A DNA stretch of 64,000 nt from an uncultured Acidobacteriota bacterium (GTDB taxonomy: Bacteria; Acidobacteriota; Thermoanaerobaculia; Thermoanaerobaculales; Sulfomarinibacteraceae). Below the pieces are notes generated by a model. The model was not told the origin of the DNA. It ran no database searches and worked only from the letters and a program-made list of their open reading frames with translations. Of this stretch, positions 16,845 through 25,548 are shown piece after piece. How positions within the stretch are numbered: the first letter of the stretch is position 1; each line of letters opens with the position of its first letter. Position numbers and translations under genes: made by a program. Location: contig CAVQPK010000007.1 of the NCBI GenBank assembly GCA_963714745.1, positions 135,959-199,958 of the forward strand, written 5' to 3'.

Positions 16845-17902
16845 CGACCACGCTTCGCCTCGACCGGATCGCGTCCGTCGACCCGCAACGCCCGCATCGG
16901 TCGCGAGGTGCTGGTCGGGCCCGAGATCGTCGTGCCGCGAGGGATACGTGCTGGCGGTGCGGATCCTGACCGACGAAGACGGTCTACAACCAGGTCGAGG
17001 ACACCGGCGGACGGATGGTCCGCGCTGCGCGCCGGCGATCTGCTCGCCGGCGTGCTCGGCAGCCGCCGCGCGCTGCGCGGCTACGCCGGCGAGGTCCCCG
17101 AGGCGCTCGCGCCCGGCGACGTCGTCCAGGTGCTGAACATGGGCGGCGTGCTCGGCCGCTGCACCGCGGTCAACCCCGACCTCGGGCCGCCCTTCGACGC
17201 CGAGGTGCTGGGGGCGGTGCTGTCCTTCCCTCGCACCGGCGACCGGGTCGGCCGCCCGGCCCACATCCTCGACGGCGCGGTGGCCTCGGCCGAACGGCTG
17301 GAGGGCCGCGTGCCGGTCGTCTTCGTCGCCGGCACCTGCATGAACGCCGGCAAGACCATGGCCGCCGCCGAGATGGTGCACGGGCTCACCCGGGCCGGGC
17401 TCCGGGTGGCGGGGGTCAAGCTCACCGGCGTGTCGCTGCGCCGGGACTCGCTGGCGATGGTCGACGCCGGGCGCGGTCGCGGCGCTCACCTTCAACGACG
17501 CCGGGATCGTCTCCACCAACGCCGCCACGGCGCTGCCGACCGCCCACGGCCTGCTCAACGAGCTGGTCGCGGGTGCACCGGCCGGAGGTCGTCGTCGCCG
17601 AGCTCGGCGACGGCATCCTCGGCGAGTACGGGGTCGCGGTGCTGCTCGCGGACGCGCCGCTGATGGCGCTTTCCGCGGCGCTGGTGTGCTGCGCACCCGA
17701 CCAGGTCGCGGCCTGGGGCGCCGTGCGGGTGCTCGAGGAGCGCTTCGGCCTGCGGCCGACCGTGATCTCGGGCCCGGCGACCGACAACGAGGTCGGCTGC
17801 CGGTTCATCCGCGACCAGCTCGGCCTGCCGGCGGCCAACGCGCGGCGCCACGACGGCGAGCTGGTGCGGCTGGTGCTGGAGGCGGTCCGTGGCCGCGCGT
17901 GA
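16838..17902 (+). pseudogene. uncharacterised P-loop (GTxxNAGKT) protein embedded in the arg operon, frame-broken as assembled
   Basis: GTG 16838 overlaps the argG stop. The sense reading needs six +1 frame steps (near 16886, 16944, 16980, 17022, 17472, 17578). Longest clean block: ...LRAGDLLAGVLGSRRALRGYAGEVPEAL...RVPVVFVAGTCMNAGKTMAAAEMVHGLTRAGLRVAGVKLTGVSLRRDSLAMVDAG. The C-terminal block ends ...RLVLEAVRGRA* at 17902. Confidence 0.6.
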
Positions 17903-18928
17903 GGGGCTCCGCGTTGCCGTGATCGGCGCCTCCGGCTACGTCGGCGGTGAGCTGCTGCGCCTGCTTGCCGGGCATCCGGAGGTGGGCACGGTGCGGGCGT
18001 TCTCGGCCAGCGGCGCCGGGCGGCCGGCGGCCGAGGTCCACCCGGCGCTGGTGCACCTGCCGGAGCAGCGCTTCGAGTCGCCCGACCCCGCCGGCGCCGC
18101 GACCTGGGCGGAGGTGGTGTTCCTCGCGCTTCCCCATGGCCGCTCGCAGCTCATCCTGCGCGAGCTCTCCGCGGCGCCGCTGGTGATCGACACCGCGGCC
18201 GACTTCCGGATCCGGGACCGGGCGCTCTCCGAGGCGGCCTACGGGGACCACGCCGACTTCTCGGCGGTCGCGGAGTTCCGCTACGGCCTCGCCGACGTGG
18301 TCGGCAGCGAGCTCGCCGGGGCCCGGCGGATCGCGGTGCCGGGTTGCTTCGCCACCGCGGCGCTGCTCGGTCTGCGGCCGTTCGCCGGCCCCGGCGCGCT
18401 CGCCGCACCTCCGGTGGCGGTCGCCGCGACCGGCTCCTCCGGGTCGGGCGCCGAGCCCAAGGCGGCCACGCACCACCCTCGCCGCGCGCACAACTTCTTC
18501 GCCTACAGTGTGACCGGCCATCGCCACGAGGCCGAGATCGCCGAGCGGCTCCGGGCCTGGTCCGGCGCGCCCGGGGCGCACTGCACGCTGCTCACCCACT
18601 CGGCCCCACTGGTGCGTGGGATCCACGTCTGCCTCCATCTGCGGCCGTCGACGCCCATCGCCGACCCGCTCGCCAGGTCGCCCGCTGGCTACAGAGGCCG
18701 TCCGTTCGTCCGTGCTCGACCGGCCGCCCGAGGTCGCCGCGGTCGCCGGGACCAACTTCGCCCACCTGCATGCCGCCGCCCGGGACGGCGGCCGGGAGGT
18801 CATCGTGCTGGTCGCCATCGACAACCTGGTCAAGGGCGCCGCCGGCCAGGCGGTGCAGTGCGCCGAACCTCGCCCTCGGGCTCGACGAGGACTCGGGGCT
18901 CGACTTCCCGGGGATCTTCCCGTGCTGA
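17889..18928 (+). pseudogene. argC: N-acetyl-gamma-glutamyl-phosphate reductase, frame-broken as assembled
   Basis: GTG 17889 (MAAREGLRVAVIGASGYVGGELLRLL...), catalytic ...IAVPGCFATAALL.... Frame 0>1 near 18714 (PFVR|LDRPPEVAAVAGTNF) and 1>2 near 18865 (IDNLVKGAAGQAVQC|NLALGLDEDSGLDFPGIFPC*). Confidence 0.85.
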
Positions 18929-20072
18929 CGGAGACCGTCGAGATGGAGCTCCCGGTCTACGCGCGGCTGCCGTTCGTCCCCTTCGCGGGTCGGGGTCGAT
19001 GTTGGACGACGCCGCCGGGCGCGCCATGCTCGACCTCTACGGCGGTCACGCGGTGGCGCTGACGGGCCACTGCCACCCGCAGGTCGTGGCGGCGGTCGGG
19101 AGCAGGCCGAGCAGCTGCTGTTCTACTCCAACGCGGTCCCACTCGACATCCGCGACCGCCTCTTCGGGCTGCTCGCGGCGATGGCGCCGCCTGCGCTCGA
19201 GCCGCCTTCCTGGTCAACTCCGGCGCGGAGGCCAACGAGAACGCCCTCCAGCTCGCGCGCCGGATCACCGGCCGGCGCAGGGTCGTGACCTTCGAAGGCG
19301 GATTCCACGGCCGCACGCTCGCGACGCTCGCCGCCTCGGGGATCGCCAGGTACCGCGGGCTCGCGCGACCGCGCGGGCGGGGCGGCGCTGGTCGAGGAGG
19401 CACCGTCATCGGGTTCGACGATCCGCAGGCGCTGTCCGCGGTGGTCGAGGCCGGTGGCCGCGGTGCTCCTCGAGCCGGTGCAGGGCCTGGCCGGCGCCCG
19501 CGACGCTGCGCCGGACTTCCTGCGGGCGGCGCGGCCGGCCTGCGATGCCGTCGGCGCGCTGCTGATCTTCGACGAGGTCCAGTGCGGCTGCGGCCGGACC
19601 GGCGCGTTCACCGCCGCGCAGTCGTACGGCGTCACCCCGGACCTGGTGACCCTGGCCAAGGGGATCGCCGCCGGCCTGCCGATGGGGGCGGTGCTGTTGT
19701 CGGGGCGATCGCCGCGCGGTCGGCCGCGCGACCTCGGCACCACCTTCGGCGGCGGGCCGGTGCCCTGCGCCGCCGCGACCGCCAACTCGAGGTGCTCGCG
19801 ACGAGGACCTGCGGGCCGGGCGCGCAAGCTCGAGCGCAGCTGCGGCGGCGCTGGCGGCGATGCCGGGGGTCGTCAGGATCACCGGCCGCGGGCTGCTGCT
19901 GGGCGTGGTGCTCGACCGGCCGGCGCGACCGGTGCAGCAGGCGCTGTTCGAACGGGGCATCCTGGTCGGGACGGCGATCGACCCCGCCGTGCTGCGTCTG
20001 CTGCCGCCGCTGGTGCTGACCGACGACGAGGCGGCGCGATTCGTGGCCGCTCTCGAGGAGGTGCTCGCATGA
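18922..20072 (+). pseudogene. argD: acetylornithine aminotransferase (class III PLP), frame-broken as assembled
   Basis: GTG 18922 overlaps the argC stop (ATG 18943 is an alternative). Recognisable blocks sit in different frames. These include [52 protein letters not shown] and [46 protein letters not shown]. They also include [17 protein letters not shown]...[61 protein letters not shown] and [19 protein letters not shown]...[26 protein letters not shown]. There are at least 7 breaks. Confidence 0.8.
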
Positions 20073-21085
20073 GCCCGCGCTCTTTCTCGCCACCGACGAC
20101 TGGTCCGACGCGGAGATCCTCGGGTTGCTCGATCGTGCCGCGAAGCTCAAGACCGGCGCGGCGACGCCGCCCTCGCCGGCAAGGTGCTGTCGATGGTCTT
20201 CTTCGATCCCTCCCTGCGCACCCGCACGTCGTTCGAGGTGGCGATGGTGCGCCACGGCGGCCACGCGGTGGTGCTCGAGCCGGGCCGCGGCAGCTGGGCG
20301 ATCGAGACCCGCGACGGCGTGGTCATGGACGGCGGCCCGCCGAGCACATGATCGAGGCCGCGCGGGTGCTGGGGCGCTACGCCGACGCGCTCGCGGTGCG
20401 CGCCTTCCCGAGCGCCGAGACCTGGGCCGAGGCGCGCGAGGACGCGGTGGTGAAGGGCTTCGCCCGCCACGCCGGCGTGCCGGTGATCAACCTGGAGTCG
20501 GCCCGTCGCCACCCGTGCCAGGGCCTGGCTGACGCCCTCACCCTGCGCGAGAAGCTCGGGTCCCGGCTCGCCGGCCGGCGGTTCGTGCTCGCCTGGGCGT
20601 GGCACCCGAAGCCGCTGCCGACCGCGGTCCCGGCATCGGCCGCGCTGGCCGCCGCGCGGCTCGGGATGGAGGTCGTGATCGCGCGGCCCCCGGGCTACGA
20701 CCTCGACCCTGAGGACACCGCGTCGATCCGCGCCTGCGCCGGGAGGAACGGCGGCCGCCTGGTCGAGATCGATGACCTCGACGACGCGGTGGCGGGAGCC
20801 GACGCGGTCTACGCCAAGAGCTGGGGGTGTCTCGCCCACTTCGGCGATGCCACCGCCGAGGCCGAGCTGAGGGCGCCGCACCGGGGGTGGCGGATCGACG
20901 AGCGCCGGATGGCCTCGACCCGGATCGGCGCGGGGATCTTCATGCACTGTCTGCCGGTGCGTCGCAACGTGGTGGTCACCGACGGGGTGCTCGACGGGCC
21001 CTGGTCGGTGGTCACCGATCAGGCCGAGAACCGGCTGCACGCCCAGCGGGCGCTGCTGCTCGAGCTGCTCGGAGGTGGCTCATGA
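20069..21085 (+). pseudogene. argF': N-acetylornithine (or N-succinylornithine) carbamoyltransferase, OTCase-like ArgF' family, frame-broken near its 5' end
   Basis: ATG 20069 (ATGA overlap). Three -1 steps near 20082, 20162 and 20338, then intact to 21085. ...FLATDDWSDAEILGLLDRAAKLK | ALAGKVLSMVFFDPSLRTRTSFEVAMVRHGGHAVVLEPGRGSWAIETRDGVVMDGG | AEHMIEAARVLGRYADALAVRAF...HPCQGLAD...FMHCLP.... The W-x-I-E...V-M-D-G...EH insertion is the AOTCase/SOTCase hallmark rather than classical ArgF. Confidence 0.8.
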
Positions 21086-21999
21086 CCGAGCTCGTGCAGG
21101 GCCTCAAGGAGGCCCTCGACTACACCCGGCTCTACCGCGACCAGATCTTCGTGGTCAAGCTCGGCGGCGAGGTGATGGCCTCGCCCGACCGGCTCGACGA
21201 AATCGCGATCCAGATCGCCCTGCTGGAGTCGCTCTCGATCCGGGTGGTGCTGGTCCACGGCGGAGGGCCCCAGGCGACCGAGCTCGGCCGCCGGCTCGGC
21301 CTCGAGCCGGAGATCGTCGCAGGGCGCCGGGTGACCACTCCCGAGGTGCTCGAGGTGGCGAAGATGGTCTACGCCGGACGGCTCAACGTCGACGTCTTGT
21401 CGGCGCTCACCGGCCACGGCGTGAAGGCTGTCGGCCTGTCCGGTATCGACGCCGGGCTGGTCGTGGCCCACCGCCGGCCCCCGGTCGAGGTGACCGACGA
21501 CGAGGGCGAGCTGCGATCGGTCGACTTCGGCGAGGTCGGCGACGTCGACTCGGTCGACGTCGCGCTGCTCGAGCTGCTGCTCGAGCGCGGCTACGTTCCG
21601 GTGGTCGCCTCGCTTGCGGCGGACGCCGACGGCAAGGTGCTCAACGTCAACGCCGACACGCTCGCCGAGGCTCTGGCGAGCGCCCTCAAGGCGAAGAAGC
21701 TGATCTACCTGACCGGGGCGCCCGGGCTGCTGCGGGAGCCGGACGACCCCTCGTCGCTGGTCGCCTTCGCCTGCCCCGACGACCTCCGCGAGCTGCTCGG
21801 GAGCGGCGGCGTTCGGGGCGGGATGCGGCCCAAGGTCGAGGCCTGCCTGCGGGCGGTGGCGGGCGGCGTGCGACGGACCCACATCATCGACGGCCGGCAG
21901 CCCGACTCGCTGCTGCTGGAGCTCTTCACCGGCCACGGCTCGGGCACGATGATCGTCGCCCGCCGGGAGATGGAGAGCTACCGGGAGCGCGAGCTGTGA
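21082..21999 (+). CDS. argB: acetylglutamate kinase
   Basis: Inside ORF 20827..21999, from MTELVQGLKEAL (ATG 21082, ATGA overlap). ...IFVVKLGGEVM...VVLVHGGGPQ...VLNVNADTLA...GGMRPKVEA.... Confidence 0.92.
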   Translation: MTELVQGLKEALDYTRLYRDQIFVVKLGGEVMASPDRLDEIAIQIALLESLSIRVVLVHGGGPQATELGRRLGLEPEIVAGRRVTTPEVLEVAKMVYAGRLNVDVLSALTGHGVKAVGLSGIDAGLVVAHRRPPVEVTDDEGELRSVDFGEVGDVDSVDVALLELLLERGYVPVVASLAADADGKVLNVNADTLAEALASALKAKKLIYLTGAPGLLREPDDPSSLVAFACPDDLRELLGSGGVRGGMRPKVEACLRAVAGGVRRTHIIDGRQPDSLLLELFTGHGSGTMIVARREMESYREREL

Positions 22000-23072
22000 G
22001 CCTCGGCGATCCCGCCGGGCTGCTCGCCGAGCTGGTCGCGACCCCGAGCCCCTCGGGAGCCGAGGCGGAGGCGGCGCGGGTGCTGGCCGGTTGGGCCCAG
22101 GCCCGGGGTCTCGAGCCCGCGGTCGACGACGCGGCGGTGCGCCTCGAAGCGGTCGGCAGGTCCCCCGGCCCGACCCTGCTCTTCGCCTCGCACCTGGACA
22201 CCGTGCCTCCGGGGGAGGGCTGGACCCGGGATCCCTATGGTGCGACCACCGACGACGGCCTGCTCTTCGGCCGCGGCGCGGTCGACGCCAAGGCGTCGGT
22301 GGCGGCGATGGCGGCTGCTGCTGCCCGGCTCGCCGCCGCAGGAGGCCCGTCGCGCGGCCGGCTGGTGGTGCTCGCCACCTACTCCGAGGAGACCCGCGAC
22401 ACCACCATGCCCGAGGCGCTGCGCCGTCTCGGCGGTCCTCCCGATGCAGCGGTGGTGGGGGAGCCCACCTCGCTCGAGCCGGCCACCGCCCAACGCGGCC
22501 AGCTGCTGCTCAAGCTCGTGTGGCAGGGCGAGCAGCTCCACGCGGGAAGGGCCGCGGGCCGGGTGCCGAGGCCGGTCAACGCGATCGAGCGCGCCGCCGC
22601 CGACCTGGTCGCCCTCGCCGCCCTCGAGCTGCCGGGCCGTCACCCGACCCTGGGCGGAATCGCCGTGACCCCGACCATGCTCTCCGCCGGCGTCGCCCGC
22701 AACGTCACGCCGCCGCGGGCGGAGGCGGTGCTCGACATCCGGACCACCCCGGTGATGAGCCACCGGGAGGTGGTCGACGCGGTCGCCCGGGCGGTCGCAG
22801 CACGGGTCGAGGTGCTCTCCGACCGGCTGGTGCCGGCCGAAACCCCGCCCGGCTCGGGGCTGCTGGCCGCCCTCGGCCGGGTCGCGCCGGACGCACGGCC
22901 GTTCGCGTCGCCGACCTGCTCCGACTGGGTCTTCCTGCGCCACGTCGACGCCCTCAAGCTGGGCCCTGGCGAGTCGGACTGGTCGCACCGGCCCGACGAG
23001 CGGGTCGATCTCGCCGAGGTCGAGCGGGCGGCGGAGCTGTACGCCGCGCTCGCCGAGGAGTACCTGTCGTGA
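21996..23072 (+). CDS. argE: M20-family deacylase (acetylornithine / acetylcitrulline deacetylase)
   Basis: Inside ORF 21075..23072, from GTG 21996 (GTGA overlap). ...LLFASHLDTVPPGEGWTRDPYGA...LFGRGAVDAKASVAAM...YSEETRDT...VVGEPTSL.... These are M20 metal ligands in the operon context. Confidence 0.8.
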   Translation: MSLGDPAGLLAELVATPSPSGAEAEAARVLAGWAQARGLEPAVDDAAVRLEAVGRSPGPTLLFASHLDTVPPGEGWTRDPYGATTDDGLLFGRGAVDAKASVAAMAAAAARLAAAGGPSRGRLVVLATYSEETRDTTMPEALRRLGGPPDAAVVGEPTSLEPATAQRGQLLLKLVWQGEQLHAGRAAGRVPRPVNAIERAAADLVALAALELPGRHPTLGGIAVTPTMLSAGVARNVTPPRAEAVLDIRTTPVMSHREVVDAVARAVAARVEVLSDRLVPAETPPGSGLLAALGRVAPDARPFASPTCSDWVFLRHVDALKLGPGESDWSHRPDERVDLAEVERAAELYAALAEEYLS

Positions 23073-24448
23073 CGACGACCACGGTGACCCTGTGGGGAGA
23101 GCTCGACGCCGCGGTCGCGGCCTACACCGTGGGTGACGACCGGGTCTGGGACCGCAGGCTGCTGAGCTGGGACATCCTCGGCAGCCTCGCCCACGTGGAG
23201 GGCTTGGAGGCCTGCGGGCTGCTGAGCCGGTCCGACGGCGCCCGCCTGCGCCGCGCGCTGGCCGAGGCCCTCGACGACGCCCGCCGCGGCACCCTGACCG
23301 TGACCGAGGCCGACGAGGACGTGCACACCGCGCTCGAGGGCCGGCTGGTCGCGCGCCTGGGCGAGCTCGGCGAGCGGGTCCACACCGGGCGCTCCCGCAA
23401 CGACCAGGTGATGGTCGACCTTCGGCTGGTGGTCAAGGACCGCCTGCTGGCGGTGATGGACCGGACGGTCGACCTCGCCACGGCGCTGGCGCGGTTCGGC
23501 CGCCGACACGAGCGGGTGCTGATGCCGGGCTACACCCACCAGCGGCGCGCGATGCCCTCTTCGATCGGCCTTTGGGGCGCGGGCCTGGCCGAGTCACTGG
23601 TCGAGGACCTGGGTCTCGTCGAGGCCGCCCTCGACCTCGCCGACCGGTCGCCGCTCGGCAGCGCGGCCGGCTACGGTGTGCCCCTGCCGATCGACCGGGC
23701 CCTGGTCAGCGAGCGGCTCGGCTTCGCCTCCGTCCAGCGGGCGGTGACCGTCGTTCAGGCGTCCCGGGGCAAGCTCGAGGCCGCGGTGCTCGCCGCCCTG
23801 TGGGCAGTCGCCCATGATCTCGGCCGGCTCGCCTGGGACGTGATCCTGTGGAGCTCCGAGGAGTTCGGCTTCCTCCAGCTGCCGAGCGGGCTCGCCACAG
23901 GGTCCAGCATCATGCCCCAGAAGAAGAACCCCGACCTGTTCGAGCTCACCCGGGCGCGGGCGGGCGCCCTGCTCGGGCTCACCGTCGAGTGTGCGGCGGT
24001 GGCAGGGCCGCTGCCGAGCGGCTACCATCGCGACCTGCAGCTGGCCAAGGGGCCCCTGTTCAGGGGTCTCGACCTGGCCGAGGAGGCGGTGACGGCCATG
24101 GCCCGGGCGATACCCAGGATCGGCGTCGACCGGCGCGCCTGCGCGGCGGCGGTGACCGGGGACCTGCTCGCCACCGACGAGGTCTTCCGCCGCGTGCGCG
24201 GCGGCGCCAGCTTCCGTGCCGCCTACCACCAGGTCGCGGACGAGGTCCGCGCGGGGGTCGCCGTGCCGGAGCTGCCGGCCGACGAGGTCCGCTCGGCCCG
24301 AACCCACCTCGGTGGTGTCGGCGCGCCCGGTTTCGCCGCCTTGGCCCGCGATCTCCGGAGCTGGCGGAGGCGGATCGGGAGGCGGCGCAGGGCGTTCGAC
24401 GCCGCGCTGGCGGGCCTGGTCGGGCGCGCCAGGGAAGGTGGTCGGTGA
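23069..24448 (+). CDS. argH: argininosuccinate lyase
   Basis: Inside ORF 22091..24448, from GTG 23069 (GTGA overlap). ...HTGRSRNDQV..., ...MPGYTHQRRAMP..., fumarate-lyase signature GSSIMPQKKNPD. Confidence 0.93.
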   Translation: MTTTTVTLWGELDAAVAAYTVGDDRVWDRRLLSWDILGSLAHVEGLEACGLLSRSDGARLRRALAEALDDARRGTLTVTEADEDVHTALEGRLVARLGELGERVHTGRSRNDQVMVDLRLVVKDRLLAVMDRTVDLATALARFGRRHERVLMPGYTHQRRAMPSSIGLWGAGLAESLVEDLGLVEAALDLADRSPLGSAAGYGVPLPIDRALVSERLGFASVQRAVTVVQASRGKLEAAVLAALWAVAHDLGRLAWDVILWSSEEFGFLQLPSGLATGSSIMPQKKNPDLFELTRARAGALLGLTVECAAVAGPLPSGYHRDLQLAKGPLFRGLDLAEEAVTAMARAIPRIGVDRRACAAAVTGDLLATDEVFRRVRGGASFRAAYHQVADEVRAGVAVPELPADEVRSARTHLGGVGAPGFAALARDLRSWRRRIGRRRRAFDAALAGLVGRAREGGR

Positions 24449-24900
24449 AGAGCCGCCGTCGCCGCGAGCTGATCCTGGCGCTGGTCGCGTCCCGGCGCGT
24501 GGAAACCCAGGACGAGCTCGCCGCGGCGCTTGCCGAGAAGGGTCTTGCGGCCAGCCAGGCGTCGGTCTCACGCGACGTCGCCGCTCTCGGCCTGGTCAAG
24601 GTCGACGGCCGCTATGCGCCGCCGCCCCCCGAAGCGCCCTCCGGCGATCCGCGGGAGGCCCGGGTCGCGGCCTACCTCCTGGGTATCGCGCCGGCCGGCG
24701 ACCACCTGCTGGTGCTCAAGACCCCCCCGGGGGAGGCCCCCGGCGTCGCGCTCGCGGTCGACAGCCTCGATCTCGCCGGTGTGGTCGGTACGGTCGCCGG
24801 CGACGACACCATCTTCGTCGCCGTGTCCGGCGCTCGCGCCCGCGACGCCGTCACCCGCCGCCTCGCCGCCCTCAGCCCCGCCACCCGCCGCACCGGGTAA
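24445..24900 (+). CDS. argR: arginine repressor
   Basis: Inside ORF 23848..24900, from GTG 24445 (GTGA overlap). Winged-helix N-terminus ...ETQDELAAALAEKGLAASQASVSRDVAALGLVK.... C-terminal ...VVGTVAGDDTIFV... (the GTIAGDDT core). Confidence 0.9.
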   Translation: MKSRRRRELILALVASRRVETQDELAAALAEKGLAASQASVSRDVAALGLVKVDGRYAPPPPEAPSGDPREARVAAYLLGIAPAGDHLLVLKTPPGEAPGVALAVDSLDLAGVVGTVAGDDTIFVAVSGARARDAVTRRLAALSPATRRTG

Positions 24901-24911
24901 ACGGCGAAATA

Positions 24912-25007
24912 CCACAGAGGCACAGAGACACAGAGAGGACCACGGAGCCCCATCACACCGGGACGGAGAGGAGGGTTCTGTGTCTCTCTGTCTCCGAGCC
25001 TCTGTCG
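24912..25007. repeat. CACAGAG-rich imperfect palindromic element (copy A)
   Basis: Left arm CCACAGAGGCACAGAGACACAGAGAGG (24912-24938). Right arm TTCTGTGTCTCTCTGTCTCCGAGCCTCTGTCG (24976-25007). About 20 of 27 positions are complementary. It fills the gap between the convergent argR and 25009..25548(-). A related copy lies at 36231-36378. Confidence 0.6.
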
Positions 25008-25008
25008 T

Positions 25009-25548
25009 TCACTCCGCGCCGGGGAGGCGCTCGCCGCACTGGGGGCAGAAGCGGTCCTCCTGGCTCACCGCCTGGCCGCACTTCGGGCAGGTCAGCAGGG
25101 CCTCGAGCTCGGAGGAGTCGGAGTAGGTGACTCCCTGGATGACCCAGCCGTCGGCGCGCTCTTCGAGTGAGAAGCGGATCCGCGCGCTGCCGCGCTCGAA
25201 CTCGGCGAGGTACTCGACCCGGGCGCGGCTGCCCTGCGGCGTGCGATTGATGTTCATGCCCGCCAGCCTGACCCCGGTTCGGGCCCCGAGCCTCTCCCGG
25301 ACGGCGGTCTCGAAGTTGATGTACTCCTGCTCGTCGAGCTCGGTCGTCACCCCCTCGCCGAGCCGGTCGTAGGCGGCCTCGAGATCGCCGCGGCCGACGT
25401 CCTCGAGATAGGCCTCGGTGGCCGCCGTGAGGCCCGCATGGGCGCCCCGGACCATGTACACACAGGCCCCGATGCCGCCGATCAGGACAAAGACCGTGAT
25501 CGCGCAGCCCCACAGCCAGCAGCCCCAACCTCTGTGTCCCTCCGCCAT
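25009..25548 (-). CDS. membrane-anchored protein with C-terminal zinc ribbon
   Basis: ORF 25009..25548(-). TM helix WGCWLWGCAITVFVLIGGIGACVYMV, a small mixed alpha/beta domain, and C-terminal CPKCG-x11-CPQCG. Confidence 0.65.
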   Translation of the reverse strand: MAEGHRGWGCWLWGCAITVFVLIGGIGACVYMVRGAHAGLTAATEAYLEDVGRGDLEAAYDRLGEGVTTELDEQEYINFETAVRERLGARTGVRLAGMNINRTPQGSRARVEYLAEFERGSARIRFSLEERADGWVIQGVTYSDSSELEALLTCPKCGQAVSQEDRFCPQCGERLPGAE

